DNA of 64,000 nt, taken from the NCBI GenBank assembly GCA_027485615.1, contig JAIXQS010000128.1:1846-65845 (forward strand), given 5' to 3'. A model generated the notes under the pieces. That model saw only the letters and a list, made by a program, of their open reading frames with translations, searched no databases and was not told where the DNA came from. The stretch is from Verrucomicrobiaceae bacterium (lineage in GTDB: Bacteria > Verrucomicrobiota > Verrucomicrobiia > Verrucomicrobiales > Akkermansiaceae). Shown here one piece after another: positions 8,270-19,000 of the stretch (the first letter of the stretch is position 1; the number at the start of each line of letters is the position of its first letter). The position numbers were made by a program, and so were the translations under genes.

Positions 8270-11200
8270 ATGAATAATGCCCAAAGAAGCGATCTCACGC
8301 CTAACAGCACACGGTCGGTGCGAATTCCCCCCGGCTTCGCCTTGGTGGCTACGCTTTCGTTGATGGTGCTTCTGGTTATCCTCGCCGTGGGGCTGCTCAG
8401 CCTCTCGGCGGTGACACTGCGCAATACAGGCCAAAGTTCCGCTCAGGCGGAAGCCCGCGCCAACGCCCGAATGGCGCTGATGGTGGCGATAGGGGAATTG
8501 CAAAAGCAAATCGGGCCGGATCAGAGGATCACCGCAAACGGGGGTATCTTGGACGATCCGTCCACTTCTTCCAACGAAGCGCTGCACCCGCATTGGACGG
8601 GTGTTTGGAATTCGTGGAAAGCGGGCGATGGCACCAGCTTCCACCGCAGCGTGGAAGGGGAATCCTTGATGGGTATGGCTCCCACCTACCTGGCCGGGCG
8701 CAACGATTATTTCCGCTCATGGCTGCTCTCGCTCGATCCGGATGAAGCTTCGGACTGGGAATCTGCGAAGAGCCTCAGCCTAGCAGGAGTTCGCACGCCT
8801 TCTGCGGATGAGGATGCCATCCTTCTGGTGGGGGAAGGTTCCTTGGGCGAAGATGCTAAGCCCGTCGATTATGTCAGTGCGAGGCTGATCGATGTGAATC
8901 TCTCCGCCGCAAACAGCGGCTTCCGTGGTCGATACGCCTGGTGGGTGGGCGATCAAACCCAGAAAGCCCGTGTCATGGGTGATACATACGAGAAGGAATC
9001 GACCCTCACCCTCGCGCAGAATATCTCCCGAGCCCAGGCACCCGGTTCCACCGGTTCCAAGACCATCGAAGGCCTTGAGGCGATGACCGTTCTGCAGGAA
9101 GCCAAGCTCGAAGGATTGCCTTCCCTCAAGACGCTGGATGTCGTGATTGCAGACAACGCCAAGCGCCCGGCGCAGCTGAATTTCCACACCGTCACCCCGT
9201 TCTCCGAAGCGGTCATAGCCGATGTCCGCGAGGGCGGGCTGAAGCGCGATCTCTCCTTCCTGCTGGAGCGGAGGATCGACCCCGCCGAAGTGGATAATTA
9301 TCCAAATGAATTCAGCCTCTACAAATTCAATACAAAGGACAATTGGGCCAAGAATGCTCCTTTTTCAGCCATGGCGCCACAGGAATGCGTACCGCTCCAA
9401 GACCTCGCTGCCTTCTATCAGCTCTATGATGCCGTATCGCCGCATGCAGCGGCAAAGGATCCCCAAAGAACCAGCAGCAAACGTGGTGTTCTGTACACCT
9501 CTTCCTACATCGACGGCTTACATATGCTGTCCACGGATTTCGGAACCACATCGAACTCTCCCGTTTATCCCCGGGAATACAGCGCCATATACCGCCAGCC
9601 GAGGATCATCAAGGTACAGTTTCTGGCCAGCCTTTTCTCCAAACTCATTGATCCTCCGATTCCTGCAGACCGGACGAACCCCACCCCGAACACCCATGAA
9701 CTCCTGATTGGCATCACCCCGTCCATCACCTTCTGGAATCCGACGAATCTTCCGGTTGTGTTTCAGCTCAACAGCAATCCGGCTCTTGGAGCACAGATGA
9801 TGCGTTTCGGGGACTTGCCTCTGCAAATAAGGATCAACAAGAACAACGGCCAGAACATCACCGCCTATACTTCTATAGCGAACTTGGCCGGCGTTAACGA
9901 CGGCAACATATTTAATCTCTATTGGGCGGGTTTGCACCCGATCCGCATGGAGCCGGGCGAAATCAAAACCCTTTCCCTTCCCTTCAGCGGAGACCTATCG
10001 GCCCTCAAGGCGACCCACGGATACAACGGCCATTGGAACAAGGGATGGGCCATGAGCAGTTTCTTCATGAAGACCGACACATACTACGTCGGCCATGAGG
10101 TCAAGGTCGGCTGGGAACCTGAATCATTCATCCACTGCAATAATTCCGCCACGGCCGGCACCGGTAACGGCACGGCTCCAAGCGTCCCCACCGCGACCGA
10201 CCCGCGGCATGTGGTGAATAACCGCTTGCGTTTCAAAAGCGCTGACAGGCTCCGGGTGGACATTGGCAGCGGGGGGAATAGCAACGGCATTGGCTGGATG
10301 ACCAATTCATCCTCCTACCAGGACTACAATCCGGCTACATCCAACTGGGACCGCTACAATGGCCTGATGGGTATGCGCGAAGCAGCCGGCGTAGCCTACA
10401 CCCAACCGCTTTTCAGCAAAGGCATGACCGGCGGAGCAGCCACCTTAACCTCCGCGTCGCGCACCGGTGCGTCCATCATTGCCCGCTCGGCAACCAATGC
10501 AGGCTGGCCGTTCATGCATTTTTCCTATCAGGCCGGGGTGGAGACCAGCGAAGGCTCCAATAGCGGGATATCCGGAGGGCGCGAGTTTGCCAGCCGTCCT
10601 TTCCTTCATTCATCTCCCCTCAACTCCTACTCATTCCTCGATAACAACACAGGGAATGCACTCTACAATTTCGGCTGGAACTGGTCCGTAGACCTGATCA
10701 ACGACGTGTATGAGGCTCCTGTGCAGGTAACCAATACAGGCTCGGGCTACTGGGGTGGCGGCTACACCCCGGAATCCGGAACCACCCATGTCATCCAGCA
10801 GGAAATTCCGATCGTCCCGCCCTTGTCGATCGCCGCTCTCAGCCATGCCCGGCTTGGCGGCTGGAGCATCAGCGATCAGTTGGAATTGCCCTACGCAGAG
10901 ATGGTGGGAGTCCCTGGCCAAATAGCGGTCGCCAAACGCCAGCTCACCCGCGCAGTTGGCTTTGGGGGGCTTTATCCGAACACACTGCAAGCCATCGGCA
11001 ATTCCTACGCCCATCCCCAGATCCCGGCCAATCTAGCCTACACCACCGTTGCGCGCACGTTTACCACGGTTCCAAACGGCACACAGAATCAAACCTTCGC
11101 GGATCATTCTTACCTCGCCAACAAGGCGTTGTGGGATGAGTACTTCTTCTCCTCGATCACACCCCAGCGGTCGCAGGTGGAGGCGTTCGAAGCCTCGGAT

Positions 11201-12178
11201 CGCACGGTAGATGAGGTCGCGAATGATTTTTTCTTTGAAAACAACCCCCTCCCGAACCGCCGCATCACGCCTTACATGGCGAACATGAGCGACTCGAAGC
11301 TGGCGGACATCATGGCCAAGAAGAACGATTTCCAGAATGGCCTGGCCGATGAGATCGCCGCCCACCTCATGGTCTCGGGACCATTCAACATCAACTCCAC
11401 TTCCGTCGAAGCTTGGAAAATCTTCTTCTCCAGCCTCAAGAAAAAGCCGGTGGTTTACCTCGATGAAGATGATGCCATGAAAGGGCGCGATCCGATCCTT
11501 GCCAAGGGCCACGAGGGTGTGCCTATAGGCCAGACTGGTCTCGGAGGCGGCCCGCCGTACTCCGGCAGCCCCGATAGCCCTCGCGACGCCAACCAATGGA
11601 CCAGCGCGCGCTCACTGACCGACACTGAAATCGAGGAACTGGCAGAGGCCATGGTCAAGCAGGTCAAACTCCGCGGCCCCTTCCTCTCGCTCTCGGAATT
11701 CGTGAACCGCAGGCTCGACTCGGCCAAGCCCGAACTCGCCGTCAAGGGAGCCCTCCAATCCGCATTGGATGACCCGGAGGTGTCCATCAATTCGGCGTTC
11801 CGCACCAAGGACCGCAAGTTCTCCGCCTCCGAAGTCTCATCCATGAGCCCCGCCTTCCCCCTGGCTGCCCAAGGGCCGATCGCTTACGGCAGCTCGGCTT
11901 ATATCGATCAGGCGGATGTGCTCCGCGGTTTTGCCGAGCAAATCACTCCCCGCGGCGATACCTACGTGATCCGCACTTACGGCGATTCCATCGACGCCGG
12001 TGGCAAGGTCGCCGCCCGCGCGTGGTGTGAGGCCGTCGTGCAGCGCGTCCCCGAATACGTGGACGGGAAGGATGAGCCGTTTGTGAAAGCCGCGGCTCTC
12101 GCTTCTGACAGCAACAAATCCTTCGGACGGAAGATCCAGATCATCAGTTTCCGCTGGCTGAATTCGTCGGAGGTCTGA
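8270..12178 (+). CDS. Giant (1302 aa) GspK-like pseudopilin-type protein, paralogue 1
   Basis: N-terminus PPG|FALVATLSLMVLLVILAVGLLSLSAVTLR (prepilin-like helix, no Glu+5), then AEARANARMALMVAIGELQ. C-terminus has GPFNINSTSVEAW, LRGPFLSLSEFVNR and GDTYVIRTYGDSIDAGGKVAARAWCEAVVQRV...ISFRWL. Confidence 0.85.
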   Translation: MNNAQRSDLTPNSTRSVRIPPGFALVATLSLMVLLVILAVGLLSLSAVTLRNTGQSSAQAEARANARMALMVAIGELQKQIGPDQRITANGGILDDPSTSSNEALHPHWTGVWNSWKAGDGTSFHRSVEGESLMGMAPTYLAGRNDYFRSWLLSLDPDEASDWESAKSLSLAGVRTPSADEDAILLVGEGSLGEDAKPVDYVSARLIDVNLSAANSGFRGRYAWWVGDQTQKARVMGDTYEKESTLTLAQNISRAQAPGSTGSKTIEGLEAMTVLQEAKLEGLPSLKTLDVVIADNAKRPAQLNFHTVTPFSEAVIADVREGGLKRDLSFLLERRIDPAEVDNYPNEFSLYKFNTKDNWAKNAPFSAMAPQECVPLQDLAAFYQLYDAVSPHAAAKDPQRTSSKRGVLYTSSYIDGLHMLSTDFGTTSNSPVYPREYSAIYRQPRIIKVQFLASLFSKLIDPPIPADRTNPTPNTHELLIGITPSITFWNPTNLPVVFQLNSNPALGAQMMRFGDLPLQIRINKNNGQNITAYTSIANLAGVNDGNIFNLYWAGLHPIRMEPGEIKTLSLPFSGDLSALKATHGYNGHWNKGWAMSSFFMKTDTYYVGHEVKVGWEPESFIHCNNSATAGTGNGTAPSVPTATDPRHVVNNRLRFKSADRLRVDIGSGGNSNGIGWMTNSSSYQDYNPATSNWDRYNGLMGMREAAGVAYTQPLFSKGMTGGAATLTSASRTGASIIARSATNAGWPFMHFSYQAGVETSEGSNSGISGGREFASRPFLHSSPLNSYSFLDNNTGNALYNFGWNWSVDLINDVYEAPVQVTNTGSGYWGGGYTPESGTTHVIQQEIPIVPPLSIAALSHARLGGWSISDQLELPYAEMVGVPGQIAVAKRQLTRAVGFGGLYPNTLQAIGNSYAHPQIPANLAYTTVARTFTTVPNGTQNQTFADHSYLANKALWDEYFFSSITPQRSQVEAFEASDRTVDEVANDFFFENNPLPNRRITPYMANMSDSKLADIMAKKNDFQNGLADEIAAHLMVSGPFNINSTSVEAWKIFFSSLKKKPVVYLDEDDAMKGRDPILAKGHEGVPIGQTGLGGGPPYSGSPDSPRDANQWTSARSLTDTEIEELAEAMVKQVKLRGPFLSLSEFVNRRLDSAKPELAVKGALQSALDDPEVSINSAFRTKDRKFSASEVSSMSPAFPLAAQGPIAYGSSAYIDQADVLRGFAEQITPRGDTYVIRTYGDSIDAGGKVAARAWCEAVVQRVPEYVDGKDEPFVKAAALASDSNKSFGRKIQIISFRWLNSSEV

Positions 12179-12214
12179 ACCCCCCGAAGAGTCAGCCCCG
12201 TGCCGCCACCCACC

Positions 12215-12913
12215 ATGAAACTCCCATCCACCATTCTCGCGGCTGCGGTCGCATTCCTCTCAGCCGCCGCGCCCTCCAACGCCCAGCAAGCGGGAGTCAA
12301 GATGCAGTTCATGACCTTCCCCATGACCATGGAACCCTTGCGGGTGGAGCTTTTGGTGGGTGAGGGGAAAACCCTCGAACTCTTCGTGCCAAGCAATGAA
12401 TTGGGTCCCATCGTGAAAGTGCCTCCCATGGCTTCCCTGGTTTTCGGCGAAACCGTGATGGGCGCGGAGGAGAAGCCGGAGTTCAAGGTTTACGGCAAAG
12501 GCAAGCCCATCCAAGCGCCCAAACAGCTCATTCTTCTGCTGCGCAAGGGCAATGACATGGCCGGAGGCTTCGAGGTGCGCGCCGTCTCCAGCGATATCGG
12601 GCAATTCGGCGGAGGCAGGCTTCTATTCGTGAATGCCGCCAGTATCGACATCGCCGGCAAGATCGGAGGGCAGAACGCCTTTGCCCTCAAGCCGGGCGCC
12701 CAAACCATCCTGAAGCCCAAAATGGAAGCCAACGGGCGCCTCGCACACGTGGAGTTTTTCTACAATAAGGAGGGGAAAGCGGTGCCTTTCTTCAGCTCCA
12801 TGTGGCCCGTCGATAAACTCACCCGCGGCCTTGTTTTCTTCTACCACGATCCCAACAACGCCAACAAAATCCAACTCCATAGCTTCCGCGACTTCCTCGA
12901 TGCGGAGGGCTGA
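12215..12913 (+). CDS. Small secreted protein (~232 aa), distant member of the partner family seen at 25502 and 26232
   Basis: Signal peptide MKLPSTILAAAVAFLSAAAPSNAQ. Shares GKIGGQN...L.PG and the C-terminal ...FRDF block with the two downstream paralogues. Starts 37 nt after the giant gene stop. Confidence 0.8.
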   Translation: MKLPSTILAAAVAFLSAAAPSNAQQAGVKMQFMTFPMTMEPLRVELLVGEGKTLELFVPSNELGPIVKVPPMASLVFGETVMGAEEKPEFKVYGKGKPIQAPKQLILLLRKGNDMAGGFEVRAVSSDIGQFGGGRLLFVNAASIDIAGKIGGQNAFALKPGAQTILKPKMEANGRLAHVEFFYNKEGKAVPFFSSMWPVDKLTRGLVFFYHDPNNANKIQLHSFRDFLDAEG

Positions 12914-13025
12914 GGCGCTCCACCGCTCAGCCTTGTAGCCAGGTCTCTTCTTGCCAACTCCGGCACGCTCGCTCAAATTATACGTAATCATTTATCACCG
13001 GAATTTTTCGCCTCCTCCTCCGCCA

Positions 13026-16000
13026 ATGAAAACCTCCCTCAAACGCCTTCTTCGCGGCGCTGTCGCCGTGGGCTTTCCTGCTCGTCACGGCACCCCATCC
13101 CTCTGGATCAGCGCACCATGGAAGCTTGTTGCGGTGCTGCTGCTTTTCTCCGGGTCGGCGCAGGCGCAGTGGCTTGCGGGCTATGATCACAGGAAACCGC
13201 TCGCGATCAATGCGGGCGTCAATGCCGGAACCGGCTATCAGATCCAGGTGAGGGTGGGGGAGTCCAGCGGTGCGGCCGGCTTCGATCTCCATTTGGGAGG
13301 CAGGGCGCTGAACTTCCCGAACGATGTGCGCTTCACCGATAACGACGGAACCACGGGGCTCGGTCACTGGCTTGAATCGACCACAGGCAGCGCACCCAAC
13401 CGGACGGCCACGTTCTGGGTCAAGGTCAACGACGATCTGAACAGCTCCCAGTCCATATTCACCTACTATCGCAAGAGCGCCGACGCGTCCGGCAGCAACG
13501 GAGACGCGACATTCAGTTTCTTTGACGACTTTCCCGGCGCCTCCATCGATGGCGCCAAATGGATCACAGACAACGCCACGGGCTGGTCTGTCACCGGCGG
13601 CGAATTGCGCGGAACGAATACCAGCGGCCGCATCCGAAGCCAGACCGCTTTCAACAGCGGCGTGATCCTCGAAACGAAATACCGCTCCGTCACCCGGCCC
13701 ACCAACGGCAACATGGCGCTGGGATTCTGGGCTAGCACATCTGACAGCTTCGGCTGGCTGAACCACCCCGCTAGCGGCGGCGGTGACTATATGCGCATCA
13801 ATTCTGGTTGGACCGGCATCGCCAATGAGTGCAACGTGCCGGTCATCGCGCGCATGACCGTCCGCGCCACCCAGGTGGACTTTTTGGTGACTCGGCAAGA
13901 TACGGGGGCCGTCTGGCACGACCGGCCCAACAACAACAGCACGGTTTCCAATGAACGGATCGCGCTCGGACACCGCTATGACAATTCGAACCTGAATCAA
14001 ACCTACAACGCCTTCTGGGACTGGGTTCGTGTTCGCAAAAACGCCGACACCACCCCCGTTCTGGGAGCTGCCGGCGCGGAGCAAAACAATATTCCGACTG
14101 TGACGCTGACCGCCCCGGCAAACGGCTCGCAGGTCGTGTCCGGCTCCTCGGCGACGGCCACGGCCACGGTGACCTCCGGCACGCCGCCCTACTCGGTTCA
14201 ATTCTTCAGGACCTTCAACGGCGGAGCGGCCGTATCCGCCGGGACGGACAACACGGATCCCTACTCAGTCAACCTGGGTGTCCTGGCAGACGGAAGTTAC
14301 ACGATTTATGCGACCGTAACCGACAGCGCCTCACCCACTCCTGCCACAGCCACCTCCGCGACCCACACCTTCACGGTTGCGCCGGATGTAACGCCGCCAT
14401 CGCCCAGCCCGATGACCTTTGCCGTCAATCCGGTTTCGATAGGCGTAAGCTCGATTCGCATGGCGGCTACCACCGCTACGGATACGGCCAGCCCTGCGGT
14501 GCAGTATTATTTCGAGAACACGACAAGCGCTACAAACTCGGGATGGATATCCTCCCCAGCGTGGACCGAAAGCGGCCTAACCGTGGGCACATCCTACAGC
14601 TACCGCGTCAAGGCGCGCGACTCGGCCTCAATACCGAACGAGACCGCATTCTCGGGCGTCTCATCCGCTTCACCGGGACCGCTCACGCCCCGCCCCATCA
14701 CGCTGGTCAACCCCGGCTTTGAAAGTCCCATTCTTGCGGATGGATCTTCCACAGACTCCCTCCCCGGGTGGTTGCCCATCGGTAATGTGGTCTTGGCTGC
14801 CGCGTGGAACCCGAACGCGACTTTCTATGCAGCCGAAGCCCCGGAAGGGCAGAATATCGGGGACATTTTCCTGTCCCCCGCCTACTCCGGATTCTCACAA
14901 GTCCTGCAAGGCGCGGAAGGTCAGTTTCAGGCGGACACAGCCTATGCGCTGAAGGTCAGGGTAGGCAGAAACCTGCTGGATCCTTACGATGGATACATCA
15001 TCCAGCTCCTGGCCAATGGCGCCGTCATTGCCCAGGATGACAATTCGACCGTGCCTGCCGCCGGTTCCTTCGTCACCGCATCCTTCAATTACCTCTACAA
15101 TGCCTCGCTTCATTCGCACTTGGTGGGCTTCCCTCTGGAAATCCGCCTCCTCTCCAAGGGGCTCGCCGGGGGCGTGGGAGATGTCAATTTCGATGACGTC
15201 CAGCTCACCTACGCAACATCCAATCCGGTGGCCATTCATGGCGGCCCCTATCGCCTGAGCAAGGACGCCCCGCTGGCCCTCAATGGCAGCGGCTCCCTTC
15301 CTTCGACCGGAGCCACCATTACCGCCTACGAATGGGATCTCGACGGTCGCAACGACCATCTGGGTTTCATCGCCGATGTTACGGGAGCCACGCCCGCCAG
15401 TATCCCCTACGCCACGCTCACCGGCACCTACGGCATGGCAGCAGGGGCGAACACCATCCGCCTGCGCATCACCGACAATGCCGGCCTGTCCGTCATCGGC
15501 ACCACCGCGGTCAACATCTTTTCCCTTGTGAACTATGTTGGCCCCGATACCCCGCGTGGCCAGGACGAGCAATGGAACAAGACCACCAATTGGGACACCG
15601 CCACCGTGCCGTCCGGCCTTGTCGATGTCGTGATTCCGGCGAACAAATTCCTACCCTGCCTTTCCGCCACCACGCCGACTTACACCGGCAACCTGGCCAT
15701 CGGCGCGAATTCCCAGATCTCCATCGGATGGACGACCAGCAGCCTCTTGGCAGCAAATTCATTGGGCAAGCCGGGTTCGACTGTCATCACGATGAACTCG
15801 GGTTCATCCATAAATTTCCGCATCGGGGGCACACCCATCGTCCCAGCCATCGCGCTCGCTGGGGATGCTTCGGTCATCTTGGGTAGTTCGACCCAAACCG
15901 GAGCGCAAGCCAGTTTCAACCATCCCATCACAGGCAGCTACCGCCTCAGCTTCTTTGGCAACGGCCATGGAAGCTGCGTCGCCAATTTAAACGCCCCGAA

Positions 16001-19000
16001 CGCTTTCAACGAGATTTACACCGCCGGTGGGCCTTATGTCGATGGCGGTGTGACCATCCAGGGCAATGCCCCCGGATCGCTAGGCACCGGCAACCTCACC
16101 CTCACCGCGCTCGGGGGCGGGGGCAACTCCGGCTTGTTGATCATAAACGCGCCAAATTCAATGGCCGATGGCGCCACCCTCAGCATGGCTGGCAACACCG
16201 CCGTGAAAATCACGATGAATGCCAACGACACGATCTCACGGCTCGTGATCAACGGAGTGCAATTGCCGGCCGGCACCTACGGCAGCACCACCAGCTCGGC
16301 CAGCTTCAAGCAAACCTGGATGGCCGGCACTGGCATTCTGACTGTAACGGACGGACAAGGAAGCTACTGGGATCTCAATGGAGCCACCGCAGGGGCAGGC
16401 GGAGCAAGCCCGACGGGTACCTGGGATACTTCTACTTCCTGGAGCGCTTCGCCCGCTGGCACAGCGGCCACCTCCTCTTGGGTCGCAGGAGGGAAGGCCG
16501 TTTTTGCAGCCGGTTCCGACGCCACGGGCGCCTACACGGTGACCGTTGGGGGGCCGAATGACATCACGGTCACCAATACGTTCTCCGCCTCTTCCAATAC
16601 CGGCAGATCAAGTTTCAGTGCCACCAGGCCCGGCTGGGCTCTCAACAGCGGCAACTGCGTCGTGGTCTTGGTCTCGTCGCTCAACGCGACGGGCTTCACG
16701 GCTACGTATGCCGGACTGCCCATGACCGTGCAGGGTGTTTTCGAGAGCCGCAATGCCTACACAGGCATCGCCTACATCATCAGCGACTCCCTGCCCTCCT
16801 CGGGCGATGTCGTCATCAACGTGCCCCGCGTCTGGGCACCCGCCAACACGGGCGCCTATGAGAACCAAGGCACCACCTACTCCATCCTGTCGCTTTCCAA
16901 TGTCGCCACGCCCGGCACGGCCGCCACCCGGGTTGTTTCTGGAAACCCACCTTCAACCTCCACCCTGGCTTACTCCACAAGCATCAACGGCAGCTTCGTA
17001 GTCGGCGTATCAAGTGACAGCAATTGGCGAAATACTCCCAAGACGGTAACCGGCAGATGCAGTCAAATCATCATCCAGGCTCAACCTGCGTATGCCAATT
17101 TCGGACACTTCCAAGGCTCGGTCGCAGCCGCCGGATCCTACACCGACGTCTATAACGCAAGTCCCACTGCAATGATCACCCTGCCCTTGAATGCGAAAAC
17201 CATTCCCAATCCCTTGCTGTCAGGCGTGGGGCAGAAGATCAGTGGCTTGGAATTCGAAAGAGGTGCCGTTACGATCACCAGCAGCAAACTCGAAATGCAG
17301 GCTACGAGCCTGGTAACTAGCGCCTCCGGTGTGACCGCAACCATCGCGAGTCAGATCACAGGACTGGCCTCTTCGGGTCTTACCAAAAAAGGTGCAGGCA
17401 TTTTGGTCCTTTCCAATGCGACCAACAATTACACAGGCCCCACCTCCGTCCTAAACGGAACCCTTCGCCTAGGTGCCTCGAACGCGGTTCCGAATACCGC
17501 GGTCAGTCTTTCCGGCGACGCTCCCGGTGTGATTGCCTCACTCGACCTCAATGGCTTCAACAACACCGTGGCGGGTCTGACTTTCGGAGGTTCTTCCATG
17601 ACCAGCGGCTCGGCGGTAACGACGGGGGCGGGCACCCTCACGCTGGGAGGCAATGTTCTTTACTCCGGCCTGAACTCGCCCCTCGGCGCCAGCCTCGCTG
17701 GCAATCTTTCACTCGGTTCCGCCACACGTGACTTCCAAATTGCGGACAGCTCGTCAGCTGCCAACGACCTGACGGTTTCCGCAGTCATCAGCGGCACAGG
17801 CGGGCTCACCAAGACCGGCATCGGCACCCTTCTTCTGTCGGGCAACAACGCCTACACCGGCTTGACCACGGTCACAAGCGGCTTGCTCATTTTGTCCGGA
17901 TCCAACAATGCCGCCGCGACAGGCGGCATGGCCGTCAATGATGGTGCTGCGATCCGCTTCGACTCGCTGGGCTCCATTCCTGGTACAGGCTCGAACGTAA
18001 CCATCCAATCAGGCGGCTTGGCCTTCTTTGTCTCTTCGTTCGGCAGCGGCAATCTCCCTGCCGCCTTGGCCCGCATCAACCCCGCATCCGCAGGCGTGAT
18101 CGCAGTGGATAACTTCACTTCCGCCCCATTCAATTTGGCAACCAACGGCTTGAATGTCTCTCTCGGGTCGCTCAATGATGTCACCTACACGGGAACCATA
18201 ACGCCTTCCGGCGGAGCCTATCGTATCGGTGGCGGAACGGGAGCCATCACCCTCACGGGCGCGAACGCATTGACGGGCGGGAACAGCCTCATCGTGAATG
18301 GCCGTGTGGCCATCGCCAATTCGAACAACCTAAGCGGCGCCACCACGATCAACCCGACAGGCCGATTGCAAATCGGCACGGGCGGCACCTCGGGTTCGCT
18401 GGCTTCTACCACGATCCTGAACAACGGCATGCTGGCGTTCAATCGTTCGGATACCTTGACGCAAGGCACGCATTTCTGGGCAACGATCGGCGGCACGGGT
18501 GTTTTGGAGCAAGCGGGGTCGGGCACACTCATCCTGAATGGCAACAACGCATACAGCGGCGGCACCAATCTGCTGGCAGGGACTTTGCGCCTGGGACATG
18601 CGAACGCCATCGGCAGCGGCCCTCTTGCCATCTATTCCGGAGCGCTCGATGTGGCTAGCGCCCTCACTCTTACCTCAAACAACGCAATCACGCTCGGCGG
18701 CAGCTTCAGCTTCGGTGGCACCGCGAACCTCAATATGGGCACGGGTGGCGTTAGCATTACCGACGACCACATCATCACCCTCAACGGCACCAACAAGATG
18801 CTGACCTTTGGTGGCGCGATGACGAATGTTTCCGGCGGGGATCAAACCATAACCGTGAACGGCACCGGCAATACCCTCGTCAGCGGCGGGTTGAACATGA
18901 GTAGTGATCCTAATTCATTACTAATAGCCCTCACAATCGGTGGCACGGGCGATGTGTCCATCACAGGCACTGTGAACGATTTTTCGGGCGGGCCGGATCC

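Noticed and set aside
8098-8644. Minus-strand ORFs (108 and 130 aa) overlapping the promoter and 5' end of the first giant gene
   Set aside because: They are antisense to the conserved pseudopilin-like N-terminus. Their composition is biased and no motifs are present.
12978-14201. 407-aa minus-strand ORF over the adhesin 5' region
   Set aside because: Shadow ORF. The plus frame has a signal peptide and a DUF2341/LamG-like sequence.
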